DNA of 64,000 nucleotides. Source: a virus. The stretch spans positions 1-64,000 of IMG/VR virus record IMGVR_UViG_3300017780_006957. One strand, 5' to 3'. Below, piece after piece: positions 18,807-26,372 of the stretch. Position 1 is the first letter of the stretch. Each line of letters opens with the position of its first letter. The position numbers and the translations under genes were made by a program. The notes under the pieces were generated by a model, which worked only from the letters and a program-made list of their open reading frames with translations, searched no databases and was not told where the DNA came from.

Positions 18807-19126
18807 TGTTAACCGTGCAAGAAGCCGATTGTTTTATCAAATTAGAGTTGAAATCGTGGGGTCTAAAAAACTATTCGTGGGAATGGGCGGGCTTTTCTCA
18901 TTTGGGAGAAGCTCACCCCCATAAAAACAAAATTAAATTGTCTCCACGAATTCTTTCCTCCTCTGCTCTTCTGATTGAAATTGTAAAACATGAAATCGCC
19001 CATTGTTTAGATTGGAATGAACGTGGGACATTTGCAAGAAATGGCAAAAATGATTTTCATGGTAAAAATTGGAAAAAATACTGCTTGCTTGTCGGATGCC
19101 GTCCGCGTAGATTGATCCCGTTATGA
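18806..19126 (+). CDS. SprT-like zinc metalloprotease
   Basis: IKLS...HEIAH...HGKNWK SprT signature. Confidence 0.8.
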   Translation: MLTVQEADCFIKLELKSWGLKNYSWEWAGFSHLGEAHPHKNKIKLSPRILSSSALLIEIVKHEIAHCLDWNERGTFARNGKNDFHGKNWKKYCLLVGCRPRRLIPL

Positions 19127-19284
19127 AAACAATTGATATGACTCCCACTTGGTCTGATATTCTTCCCATTCTGATTCGTCTGATTGGAAACTACAAAACC
19201 CACAAAGATGCATCTATCGAATTGGCTCGCATGGCCAAAATGGCTGATGCCTATATTGAAAGCCAAAAAACAAAAGATTTCTAG
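19123..19284 (+). CDS. 53-aa hypothetical protein
   Basis: MKTIDMTPTWSDILPIL...ELARMAKMAD; ATGA overlap. Confidence 0.6.
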   Translation: MKTIDMTPTWSDILPILIRLIGNYKTHKDASIELARMAKMADAYIESQKTKDF

Positions 19285-19342
19285 TTGACATGGTGTGGGT
19301 AAGGGCGAGGGGGTCTGGTAGCCTCCTCGCCCAACTCGCTGA

Positions 19343-19374
19343 AAATCTAACAGAAGAGGGCCGCTGCTAGATTC
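19343..19374. repeat. 32-bp palindrome, copy 8 (spacer inverted)
   Basis: AAATCTAACAG-AAGAGGGCCG-CTGCTAGATTC. Confidence 0.88.
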
Positions 19375-19557
19375 TGTTAGAAATCTGTTACTTTTCTGTT
19401 AGTCGAGCTGTTAGGCGATAAAAGATGAAAAACAATGAAAAAGATGTGGACAAGTCCGCTGGCTGTGCTATTCTTTCCCCAGCGAAAGCAAACAAAAGAA
19501 GACCAGATGCTTCGCCCCAGCAGAAAGGGGCAACCTCAAACCAAACCACACAAAAAA

Positions 19558-20352
19558 ATGTCACTCATCATTGCAAAAAACAAAGTCAACGCCGAACAAC
19601 TCGCTTCCGTTTTCACCCCTGAAAAAACCGAATCGTTTCAGCCAATCCCTCACTTCGGCCTTGTCGAGCTTACCCGTGAAGCTATTGGCCGCGCTGGTCT
19701 TTCCATCTCTCAAGAAGAGCATTCGCTTGCTCGCGGTGGTCAACGCTACTTCGGCGGCTTCGCCCTCTCTGGTCTTGACATCACGGGCGCGGATCGTCAA
19801 ATCGTGTTAGGTCTTCGGAACGCTCACGATAAATCCTTTGCCGCTTCGATTTGCGTTGGCAATCGCATGATGGTCTGCGAAAACCTTTGCTTCTCTTCGG
19901 ATATCAAGCTCGCTCGTCGTCACACCACGAACATCATGACGGACCTTCCCCGTGTCCTTGCCGATGCTGTTGGGCGTGTCGTCTCTCATTGGAATGACAT
20001 GGGCAATCGGATTGAAAGCTACAAGCAAACCGAAATCACCCGTGACCGCGCCGCTGATCTTCTGATCGACCTTGTGGATTCCAAAGCATTCCCTGCGCGT
20101 GAAATCTACAACGCCGTGCAAGAGTTCCGCAACCCTCGCCACGAAGAGTTCAAAGGCGGCTCCCTGTGGACGCTCTACAACTCTGTGACCGAAAACCTCA
20201 AGGGTGGCGACCTTTCCAAGTTGCCTTTCCGCACGATGACCGCGCAAAGCATTTTTGACCGTATCGCGGGACATCGCCCAACAATTGAAAGCGTCATTGA
20301 TCTTGCCGATGCTGGCGAGGAAATGGAAACGCTGATCGTTGCGGGAGCGTAA
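19558..20352 (+). CDS. DUF932-like protein
   Basis: FQPIPH...LGLRNAHDKS...RMMVCENLCF...RRHT...SLWTLYNSVTE pattern; start at MSLII. Confidence 0.7.
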   Translation: MSLIIAKNKVNAEQLASVFTPEKTESFQPIPHFGLVELTREAIGRAGLSISQEEHSLARGGQRYFGGFALSGLDITGADRQIVLGLRNAHDKSFAASICVGNRMMVCENLCFSSDIKLARRHTTNIMTDLPRVLADAVGRVVSHWNDMGNRIESYKQTEITRDRAADLLIDLVDSKAFPAREIYNAVQEFRNPRHEEFKGGSLWTLYNSVTENLKGGDLSKLPFRTMTAQSIFDRIAGHRPTIESVIDLADAGEEMETLIVAGA

Positions 20353-20406
20353 CGCCTAACGGGGCGAGCCTAACGGCTCGCCCTAACTTTTGGTTAGGAT
20401 CTAACA

Positions 20407-20438
20407 GAATCTAGCAGCAGCCCTCTTCTGTTAGATTT
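20407..20438. repeat. 32-bp palindrome, copy 9
   Basis: GAATCTAGCAG-CAGCCCTCTT-CTGTTAGATTT. Confidence 0.88.
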
Positions 20439-20561
20439 CTGCTGAAAAAGCTGTTAGTGGTTTTCTGTTAGGCTTTGTCAAGTAAAAAAGCATGAAAAAT
20501 AAAAATCATTTTAATAAAGAAAAACCTTGTGGCTGGTCCGCTCTTTCGATACTCTTTGGCC

Positions 20562-20738
20562 ATGCAGACGAAGTTTTACACCCTCTCAAATTCATTCCGC
20601 ACCATCAAGCTCGCAACCTCCCGCTTTGGTTGTTTCATCAATAACGGTGAATTGGTTTATCGCATCAAAAGAAAAGAAGCGGCGAATGCCATGCGTTACG
20701 CTCGCGCCACTAACGGCAAAGTCTCCACAATGAAATAA
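20562..20738 (+). CDS. Small basic early protein, leaderless
   Basis: TTGTGG(20527)-17-TACTCT-6-ATG. Confidence 0.7.
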   Translation: MQTKFYTLSNSFRTIKLATSRFGCFINNGELVYRIKRKEAANAMRYARATNGKVSTMK

Positions 20739-20749
20739 TAATAAAAAAA

Positions 20750-21214
20750 ATGAATACCACCACCATCATCATGTCAATCGTCGCGTTGCTTTTGTTCTCT
20801 GCCATCTTTTTTCTTATACAAGATGAAATCCGAGTCGCAAAGCGGAATGCTGCTAGATACCGAGCCTATTGCAAAAAGCTGATAGACGAAAACGATTCTC
20901 TCCTGAACCATAAACCAAAACAAACCGTGAACAAAACACTAGACCAACTGATTGCCGAAACCAAAGGAAAATTCTTTTCCGTCACCTTTACCAAAAAAGA
21001 CGGTTCCGTTAGGACCATCAATGGCAAAGATAAATATCGTCGCCTCTTGGCTGGCGGAACTAACCGAGTCGAAGGATTGGGTTATGTCTCGTTCGTCAAC
21101 CGCAACGCCTCTAACATCCTAACAAAGAAGGGTGGCCAATGGGCTTGCGCTCACAAGGAAGGGGTTCTAACATTCAAGTGCGGCGAAATCAAAGCCGAGT
21201 TTGTGAAAGCCTAA
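20750..21214 (+). CDS. Membrane-anchored protein with a C-terminal SH3/WYL-like beta domain
   Basis: N-terminal TM helix; GKFFSVTFTKKDGSVRTING motif. Confidence 0.6.
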   Translation: MNTTTIIMSIVALLLFSAIFFLIQDEIRVAKRNAARYRAYCKKLIDENDSLLNHKPKQTVNKTLDQLIAETKGKFFSVTFTKKDGSVRTINGKDKYRRLLAGGTNRVEGLGYVSFVNRNASNILTKKGGQWACAHKEGVLTFKCGEIKAEFVKA

Positions 21215-21223
21215 CAACTAACA

Positions 21224-21252
21224 GCCCCACCCGAAAGGGTGGGGTTCTTTTT
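21224..21252 (+). terminator. Intrinsic terminator (array family)
   Basis: GCCCCACCC-GAAA-GGGTGGGGT followed by TCTTTTT. Confidence 0.85.
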
Positions 21253-21267
21253 GGCTCGCATCTAACA

Positions 21268-21299
21268 GAATCTAACAGCTGCCCTCTTCTGTTAGATTT
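21268..21299. repeat. 32-bp palindrome, copy 10
   Basis: GAATCTAACAG-CTGCCCTCTT-CTGTTAGATTT. Confidence 0.88.
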
Positions 21300-21372
21300 T
21301 TGTTAGGCTCTATCAGGATAAAATAAATGAACTATTTATTGACATAAATTCACAGGCTGGTATCTTACACCC

Positions 21373-21684
21373 ATGCAAACGCTATTCGAATACCAGTCCA
21401 CTTACGCCGCCACTCCTGAGTATCGCATCGCTCGCCCTAACGGGTGCGTGTCATTCATGGCATCAGTTGAACATGATGAAGACGAGGCAGATGATTTCTT
21501 GTTAGAAAGAATCTTCGCTCTTTGCAATCACGGTTCTGGCCGTGAACATGAGCAGTTCAAAGTCACCCCTATCCCTTCTCTTTCTGTGGGAGACTATGTA
21601 AAATTGGGTTGCAGGAAGGGCGACGTTGTGCGACTCTATCGCTGCGAACCAACTGGATGGAGTCAATCATTCACTACTAACTAA
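21373..21684 (+). CDS. Hypothetical early protein (YodL-like motif), leaderless
   Basis: TTGACA-16-TATCTT-6-ATG; LERIF..CN...SLSVGDYV...YRCEPTGW. Confidence 0.65.
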   Translation: MQTLFEYQSTYAATPEYRIARPNGCVSFMASVEHDEDEADDFLLERIFALCNHGSGREHEQFKVTPIPSLSVGDYVKLGCRKGDVVRLYRCEPTGWSQSFTTN

Positions 21685-21688
21685 AAAC

Positions 21689-22063
21689 ATGAAAGTCAGA
21701 ATCTATTACAACTTCCACAAGAAACTCTTCTCTGTTCAAGAGAAGGTGAACGGATCTTGGAAGGTCGTTGAATACACAAAGGAAATCTTTCTCCGCAATG
21801 CAACGTTCAAGGTGAGCGAAGCAGGGCGGCAAAGAGTCTTGAAAGAAAAGCGTAAAAATGTTCATGCGTTCATCTTGGGCGAGCGTTTCCCCTTCATCCC
21901 CAAGTCTTTTGTCTATCGTGACGAAATTTCTTACAACCCTTACAAGGGGCCGAACTTTATGGTAGTATCAGAAGACAAGCCTCTCGACAAGGCCAAATAT
22001 GTTACTATACTCAACGGCAAGGTGATAGCTCTGATTCCCGAATTCAAAGGAATAAGGATCTAA
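21689..22063 (+). CDS. Conserved phage hypothetical protein
   Basis: MKVRIYYNFHKKLFSV...GRQRVLKEKRKNVHAF...YNPYK. Confidence 0.75.
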   Translation: MKVRIYYNFHKKLFSVQEKVNGSWKVVEYTKEIFLRNATFKVSEAGRQRVLKEKRKNVHAFILGERFPFIPKSFVYRDEISYNPYKGPNFMVVSEDKPLDKAKYVTILNGKVIALIPEFKGIRI

Positions 22064-22072
22064 CGACCAACA

Positions 22073-22100
22073 GCCCCGCCCGAAAGGGTGGGGTTTTTTT
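22073..22100 (+). terminator. Intrinsic terminator (array family)
   Basis: GCCCCGCCC-GAAA-GGGTGGGGT followed by TTTTTT. Confidence 0.85.
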
Positions 22101-22105
22101 GGTTG

Positions 22106-22137
22106 AAATCTAACAGAACGGGGCGGCTGCTAGATTT
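22106..22137. repeat. 32-bp palindrome, copy 11 (spacer inverted)
   Basis: AAATCTAACAG-AACGGGGCGG-CTGCTAGATTT. Confidence 0.88.
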
Positions 22138-22258
22138 CTGTTAGAGCTTCTGTTAGAAATGCGTTAGGCTTCTGTTAGAGGATTGTTAGGGCCAGAAAAA
22201 TAAATAAAAATCATTAAAAAGAGCTTGCAAGGTCCGCTTCAAACGCTAAGATTTGGCC

Positions 22259-22957
22259 ATGTCACTCCTCAACTCTGGAAATAGCAAGACCCGCAAGGGT
22301 GAAAAAAAAGGCTTCACAACCTACGGCATTCACTTGGCCCCAGCCTCTCTATCAGGTTTCAATGTCTGCGACTCGTCAAGTGCGGGTTGCCGTTGGGCTT
22401 GTCTCAACACTGCGGGGCGCGGTGCAATGACTTCCGTTCAACGCGCACGAATCAAAAAAACGCTTTTCTTCTTTAAAGACAAGCAGGGTTTTCTAGCAGA
22501 ACTTTGGGCCGAGGTTGCAAAATCTATCAAGTCAGCTGCCCGTAAAAACATGATCCCTTGCTTTCGTTTAAATCTCACTTCGGATTTGCCGTGGGAAAAA
22601 ATTAAATTCAACGGGCAAAGTGTCATGGAAGCATTTCCTAACGTGCAATTTTATGACTATTGCAAGTCTCCCGAACGGATGACTAAATTTGTCAATGGTG
22701 AAATGCCAAAAAATTATCACCTCACGTTTTCAAGATCGGAAACTAACGGTGCGCTTGCTTTGGCTTTCCTGCGCTCTGGCGGAAACGTCGCAATGGTTTT
22801 CCGCAAGTCTCTTCCTGCTACATACTACGGCCACGAAGTGATCGACGGCGACGAAACGGACTTGCGTTTCTTGGACGGATCGGGTAAGATTATCGGGTTG
22901 AAAGAAAAAGGACTCGCCAAAAAAGATGCAACGGGCTTTGTGTTAGAACCAGCATGA
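22259..22957 (+). CDS. GP88-family protein, leaderless
   Basis: NVC...GC..CLNTAGRG, FRLNLTSDLPWE, QFYDY, NYHLTFSRSE and DGDETDLRFLD motifs; promoter TTGCAA-16-TAAGAT-6-ATG. Confidence 0.7.
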   Translation: MSLLNSGNSKTRKGEKKGFTTYGIHLAPASLSGFNVCDSSSAGCRWACLNTAGRGAMTSVQRARIKKTLFFFKDKQGFLAELWAEVAKSIKSAARKNMIPCFRLNLTSDLPWEKIKFNGQSVMEAFPNVQFYDYCKSPERMTKFVNGEMPKNYHLTFSRSETNGALALAFLRSGGNVAMVFRKSLPATYYGHEVIDGDETDLRFLDGSGKIIGLKEKGLAKKDATGFVLEPA

Positions 22958-23015
22958 GTATAGAAAATTTTGTAATTTTAATAATTATTATTCTTTTAAT
23001 ATCACACCGCAGCAC

Positions 23016-23225
23016 ATGAAAATTTTTCGCCAGTTAATTGAGACAGAACAAATCGGATGGTTCATTGCCGATGCCACACATGACGATGGCAAGATCCAAT
23101 CCCTGAAGGTTTTCCCTATCAGTAGTGACGGGGGTGTCGAGCAAGCTCTGGAATATGGGATGGTTACTCTATCCTCGCTCGTTGAAAGAATGCAAGAACA
23201 TCTAACGAAAAGCATCGAGGAATAA
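23016..23225 (+). CDS. Hypothetical protein
   Basis: 69 aa, ending before the terminator at 23237-23265. Confidence 0.6.
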   Translation: MKIFRQLIETEQIGWFIADATHDDGKIQSLKVFPISSDGGVEQALEYGMVTLSSLVERMQEHLTKSIEE

Positions 23226-23292
23226 CGACCTAACAAAACCTGCCCCTCTGAAGGGGGCGGGTTTTGTTAGGGATCTAACGAGAATCTAGCAG

Positions 23293-23324
23293 AAATCTAG
23301 CAGCCGCCCTCTTCTGTTAGATTT
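23293..23324. repeat. 32-bp palindrome, copy 12
   Basis: AAATCTAGCAG-CCGCCCTCTT-CTGTTAGATTT. Confidence 0.88.
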
Positions 23325-23435
23325 CACCTACACCTCTAGCCACACCTGTTAGATGGTGCTTATTTAGAGAGTTATTTATTTACAGGCTATTCATTCACAG
23401 GCATTATTAAGGCTCTGTGAATTCACAGGCGTTTT

Positions 23436-23510
23436 TGGTAGGTCGTGATGGAATCGAACCATCAACTAAAAATTAGAAGTTTCTTGTTATATCCATTTAA
23501 CTAACGACCC
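23436..23510 (-). tRNA. tRNA-Arg(UCU)
   Basis: GGGTCGT/ACGACCT acceptor, CTTCTAA anticodon loop, TTCGATT T-loop, encoded CCA. Confidence 0.9.
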
Positions 23511-23602
23511 AAAAATTATTTAATCACTTATACTTTATACTAAAGCCGCGCCCTATGTCTTATATACTATACATTGATTATCTTATTTGTCAATATATAT
23601 AT

Positions 23603-23872
23603 TTACAGAAGATCCCAAGCGTCCATGCCGCGAGCTTCAAGAAGCTCCTCTTCATGGCTTGCGCTTGCATCGTAGGGATCAACGTAGTTCCAGTAGCCGA
23701 ACCATTCGTTTTCTTGTCCTTCCAATCGAAGACGAGCCTTCTTGTCGAAGTGAGTGCGGCCTTCTTGGCAATAGGAACAGCTGCCATGATTGCGGCATGA
23801 GCGATCAAACCTCTTGCTTCCACGATATGGTTTGCGATATTCTTTCTTGTTGTCGATGGCTTTACCAAGCAT
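23603..23872 (-). CDS. Conserved phage hypothetical protein
   Basis: RKPYRGSKRFDRSCRNHGSCSYC motif. Confidence 0.65.
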   Translation of the reverse strand: MLGKAIDNKKEYRKPYRGSKRFDRSCRNHGSCSYCQEGRTHFDKKARLRLEGQENEWFGYWNYVDPYDASASHEEELLEARGMDAWDLL

Positions 23873-23892
23873 AATGTTATTTGTTTTTATTT

Positions 23893-24297
23893 TTATTCTT
23901 CGTGGGCTTCATCTTGATAGCCGCCCATTTGATACTCATTATTTCGCGCCGAAATCTGGCTCATGAAATTCTCATAGCGAACACTAGAACTTATAATTTC
24001 TTTTGCTTGTTTAATTGCCTCCTTAGTAAACTTATATACATTAGGAGGAATCGGCAGGTGATCGTTGTATTCTTTATTTGCCGCCCAGTGTTTATCCCAC
24101 ACTTTAAAGTATTCTTTTAGAATCAAGAACTTTCGAAACTGATTGACACTAGGCATGTAGATAAGACTACCAAACAAATGATCAGAGGTATTACATCCAT
24201 AAATATTTTCTGCTAGAACTGCGTCTTCTGTTGCTGTTGGTCCAGTTACCCCTACTGCGATTCCAAGACCATTATTTGAAACAATATATTTATTCAT
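23893..24297 (-). CDS. Hypothetical protein
   Basis: Start MNKYIV a few nt after the ruvB-like stop. Confidence 0.55.
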   Translation of the reverse strand: MNKYIVSNNGLGIAVGVTGPTATEDAVLAENIYGCNTSDHLFGSLIYMPSVNQFRKFLILKEYFKVWDKHWAANKEYNDHLPIPPNVYKFTKEAIKQAKEIISSSVRYENFMSQISARNNEYQMGGYQDEAHEE

Positions 24298-24301
24298 ATG
24301 A

Positions 24302-25201
24302 TTAGATTTTTGTGAGTGCGCGGATGCCAGTGTCGGTGATTTTTCTAGCACCGTCAATCTTTAAGAATCCAAGGCGCAAAAGATTAATCTCTGCATCTCG
24401 TTGGATACTTGTCCTTGATAGTCCAGTAGAAGCAGATAGCATTGCCAACGTGCAATCTCCACGACTCTTGAGGGTGTTGAGGATCTCTACTTCCGTATTG
24501 GTAAGACCATAAGCCTTGATATCCAGAACATCGCGGAGCTTATCCCAGTCTTTGCGGCCAAAGATTGCTACGTTATTGGATTCGCAATACATCTCAATTT
24601 CTTTTGAGCGTTTAACTGCGGAGCGAGCATTACCACGAAGGGTGAAACTAATATCTTTGATTACATCATCTTGGAAAGTAACCCAGTCCAAACGCTTAGT
24701 AAGGATATCGGCAAGCTCTGAAGATTGATATGGTTTAAAATCAATAATAGTCAGGCGATCTTTAAACGGCGCAAACAGTTTATCTGGCTCTGTAGTGGCA
24801 AAGATGAAACTCTGACGCTCAAAGTTAAACTCAAAGTTATTTTCGCGCCATTGAAAGTGTTTCTTACTTACTCCTTCTACATTGAAGATAGTAAGGAAGG
24901 ACATAACCAATTCTTTTGGTAGCGCATGTGCTTCGTCAAACAGAACGGTGATGTCACTATCCATGATGATGGGCATGAAGATCTGTTCAAAGAACTGCTC
25001 GCTGTTCTTAATGGTGGAGCAATTAATCTCAAGCAATGGTTTATTCAACTCCTTGGCGAAAGCCTTGGAGAATTCTGTCTTGCCCAAACCCTTTGCTCCA
25101 TTGAACATAAGGAAGGGAGTGATGCCAGTTGCCTTGTGAGCATCAAGATAGAAAGAGAGTTGCTTCTTGATGTGATTTTGGCCAATTAGTGATTCGAACA
25201 T
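24302..25201 (-). CDS. ruvB: RuvB-like AAA+ Holliday-junction branch-migration ATPase
   Basis: LIGQ..IK, GAKGLGKT, LFDEAH, FATTE, APFKDR, RGNARSA, and a C-terminal winged-helix-like ...GARKIT. Confidence 0.8.
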   Translation of the reverse strand: MFESLIGQNHIKKQLSFYLDAHKATGITPFLMFNGAKGLGKTEFSKAFAKELNKPLLEINCSTIKNSEQFFEQIFMPIIMDSDITVLFDEAHALPKELVMSFLTIFNVEGVSKKHFQWRENNFEFNFERQSFIFATTEPDKLFAPFKDRLTIIDFKPYQSSELADILTKRLDWVTFQDDVIKDISFTLRGNARSAVKRSKEIEMYCESNNVAIFGRKDWDKLRDVLDIKAYGLTNTEVEILNTLKSRGDCTLAMLSASTGLSRTSIQRDAEINLLRLGFLKIDGARKITDTGIRALTKI

Positions 25202-25220
25202 TTTGTTTTATGTGTTTAGG

Positions 25221-25460
25221 TTAGTTAGCTGGAGTGAGGACAAACTCAATCTTGGGCTGTTCCTCGACTACCTCGCGGATCGGGGAGAGTGTGGCGACTG
25301 GAGTTTCGACTGTCAAGCCAATTTCTTCCAACCATTTTTTACTCACCACGATTCGTGAGTTCATTCCAACCGCATTAAGGAGGTCGGAGATGTTTACTCT
25401 TACAAAGGAGGTCGATCCTGCTGGACGACCACGGCGTTTGGTATGTGCTTCGTTGCTCAT
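25221..25460 (-). CDS. Small DNA-binding protein with an AT-hook-like motif
   Basis: KRRGRPAGS; promoter TTGACG-17-TACTCT upstream. Confidence 0.65.
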   Translation of the reverse strand: MSNEAHTKRRGRPAGSTSFVRVNISDLLNAVGMNSRIVVSKKWLEEIGLTVETPVATLSPIREVVEEQPKIEFVLTPAN

Positions 25461-25620
25461 GTGGGCAACAGAGTAATATCTTAGAACGTACCCGTCAACA
25501 TTTTTTCACATAAAAAATAATTAATCTAAACGAATGAAAACAAATGAGAATCTCTGGAATCAACTGAAAACAAACGAAAGATTAAATATCGGCGCGAAAT
25601 GGATCTATTTCAATTGTTTA

Positions 25621-25752
25621 TTATTTGGCGCGAAATCATTCACAGGCAAATTACATTATTTGGCCCCAAAGCATTCGCAGACGAATGTGTTATTTGGCCG
25701 AAATTAATTCACAGGCAAAATCATTATTTGGCAAAAATTTATTCACAGGTAG
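25621..25752. repeat. Four tandem ~34-bp iteron-like repeats
   Basis: TTATTTGGC-N8-ATTCRCAG units at 25621, 25656, 25690 and 25724. Confidence 0.8.
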
Positions 25753-25775
25753 TATTAGCCCGTGTAAATACCTAC

Positions 25776-26003
25776 ATGACTAACGAAAATAAAAAACTAT
25801 TGATTGGCCTTCTTGAAGAATTCTTTTCTGATTACGACATAAACGAAAGGAACATGTTGTTTAATAACGATGTAGCAAAGTGTCTAAAGAAAAATCTGCT
25901 GCAAAAAGGAAGATGGAAGAACCTTTCCAGAGGAAAGCTCATCGATGGATTCAAGCATAAAGAAAACTTAAATAAAGCAGATAAAAATGAATGCCCATTT
26001 TAA
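25776..26003 (+). CDS. Hypothetical protein
   Basis: MTNENKK start after a GTGTAA motif at 25762. Confidence 0.55.
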   Translation: MTNENKKLLIGLLEEFFSDYDINERNMLFNNDVAKCLKKNLLQKGRWKNLSRGKLIDGFKHKENLNKADKNECPF

Positions 26004-26144
26004 TTATGGGTATTAGCGCGGCCTAATGCATAATGGCATAAGTATTTACGCGGCCTAATGCATATTTGTCTTATTTTTGGCTTTTTTTGTATTATACCCC
26101 TATAAAAAGTTAACTTTTTTACCCCTAAAAGGTATTAGCCCCCG

Positions 26145-26372
26145 TTAATCCTTTTTGTTTTTTATTTTTTTTATGTGTTTTTCCCAAATATTCTCTGGTT
26201 CAGGCTCCTCTTCTTCGATTTCGCCGAACAAATTCTTCATCATGCTGCTGTGAACGCCCTCAATAAAGGCAATAAAGCAAGTAAAAAAGGTCACAAAACC
26301 TATCGCCAGCCCCGCTAGCGGGGCTAAAACGACCGCGAAAACCATCCCAAATGTATAAATTACGACTTTCAT
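26145..26372 (-). CDS. Small membrane protein
   Basis: Hydrophobic N-terminal half. Confidence 0.55.
   Translation of the reverse strand: MKVVIYTFGMVFAVVLAPLAGLAIGFVTFFTCFIAFIEGVHSSMMKNLFGEIEEEEPEPENIWEKHIKKIKNKKD

Larger units (their letters stand above)
13195..23430. other. Array of promoter-ORF(s)-terminator cassettes separated by 32-bp palindromes (putative early/host-takeover region)
   Basis: 12 palindrome copies, about 10 related terminator hairpins and about 12 related promoters; visibly higher GC than the flanks. Confidence 0.85.

Noticed and set aside
13905-20482. Conserved TGTCAA in the spacers read as antisense TTGACA promoters
   Set aside because: No acceptable -10 box 16-18 bp downstream on the minus strand in the copies checked; role unresolved.
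13838-23324. Integron attC array (ATCTAAC...GTTAGAT matches RYYYAAC...GTTRRRY)
   Set aside because: The sites are only 32 bp, lack L boxes and extrahelical bases, and the box order is AAC,AAC,GTT,GTT. The cassettes have their own promoters and terminators, and no intI is visible. Kept only as an analogy.
13838-23324. CRISPR array
   Set aside because: The repeats are separated by 0.4-1.9 kb of genes, the repeat centres vary, and there are no cas genes.
25599-25775. N-terminal part of ORF 25599-26003
   Set aside because: It is a translation of the tandem DNA repeats; the real start is more likely 25776.
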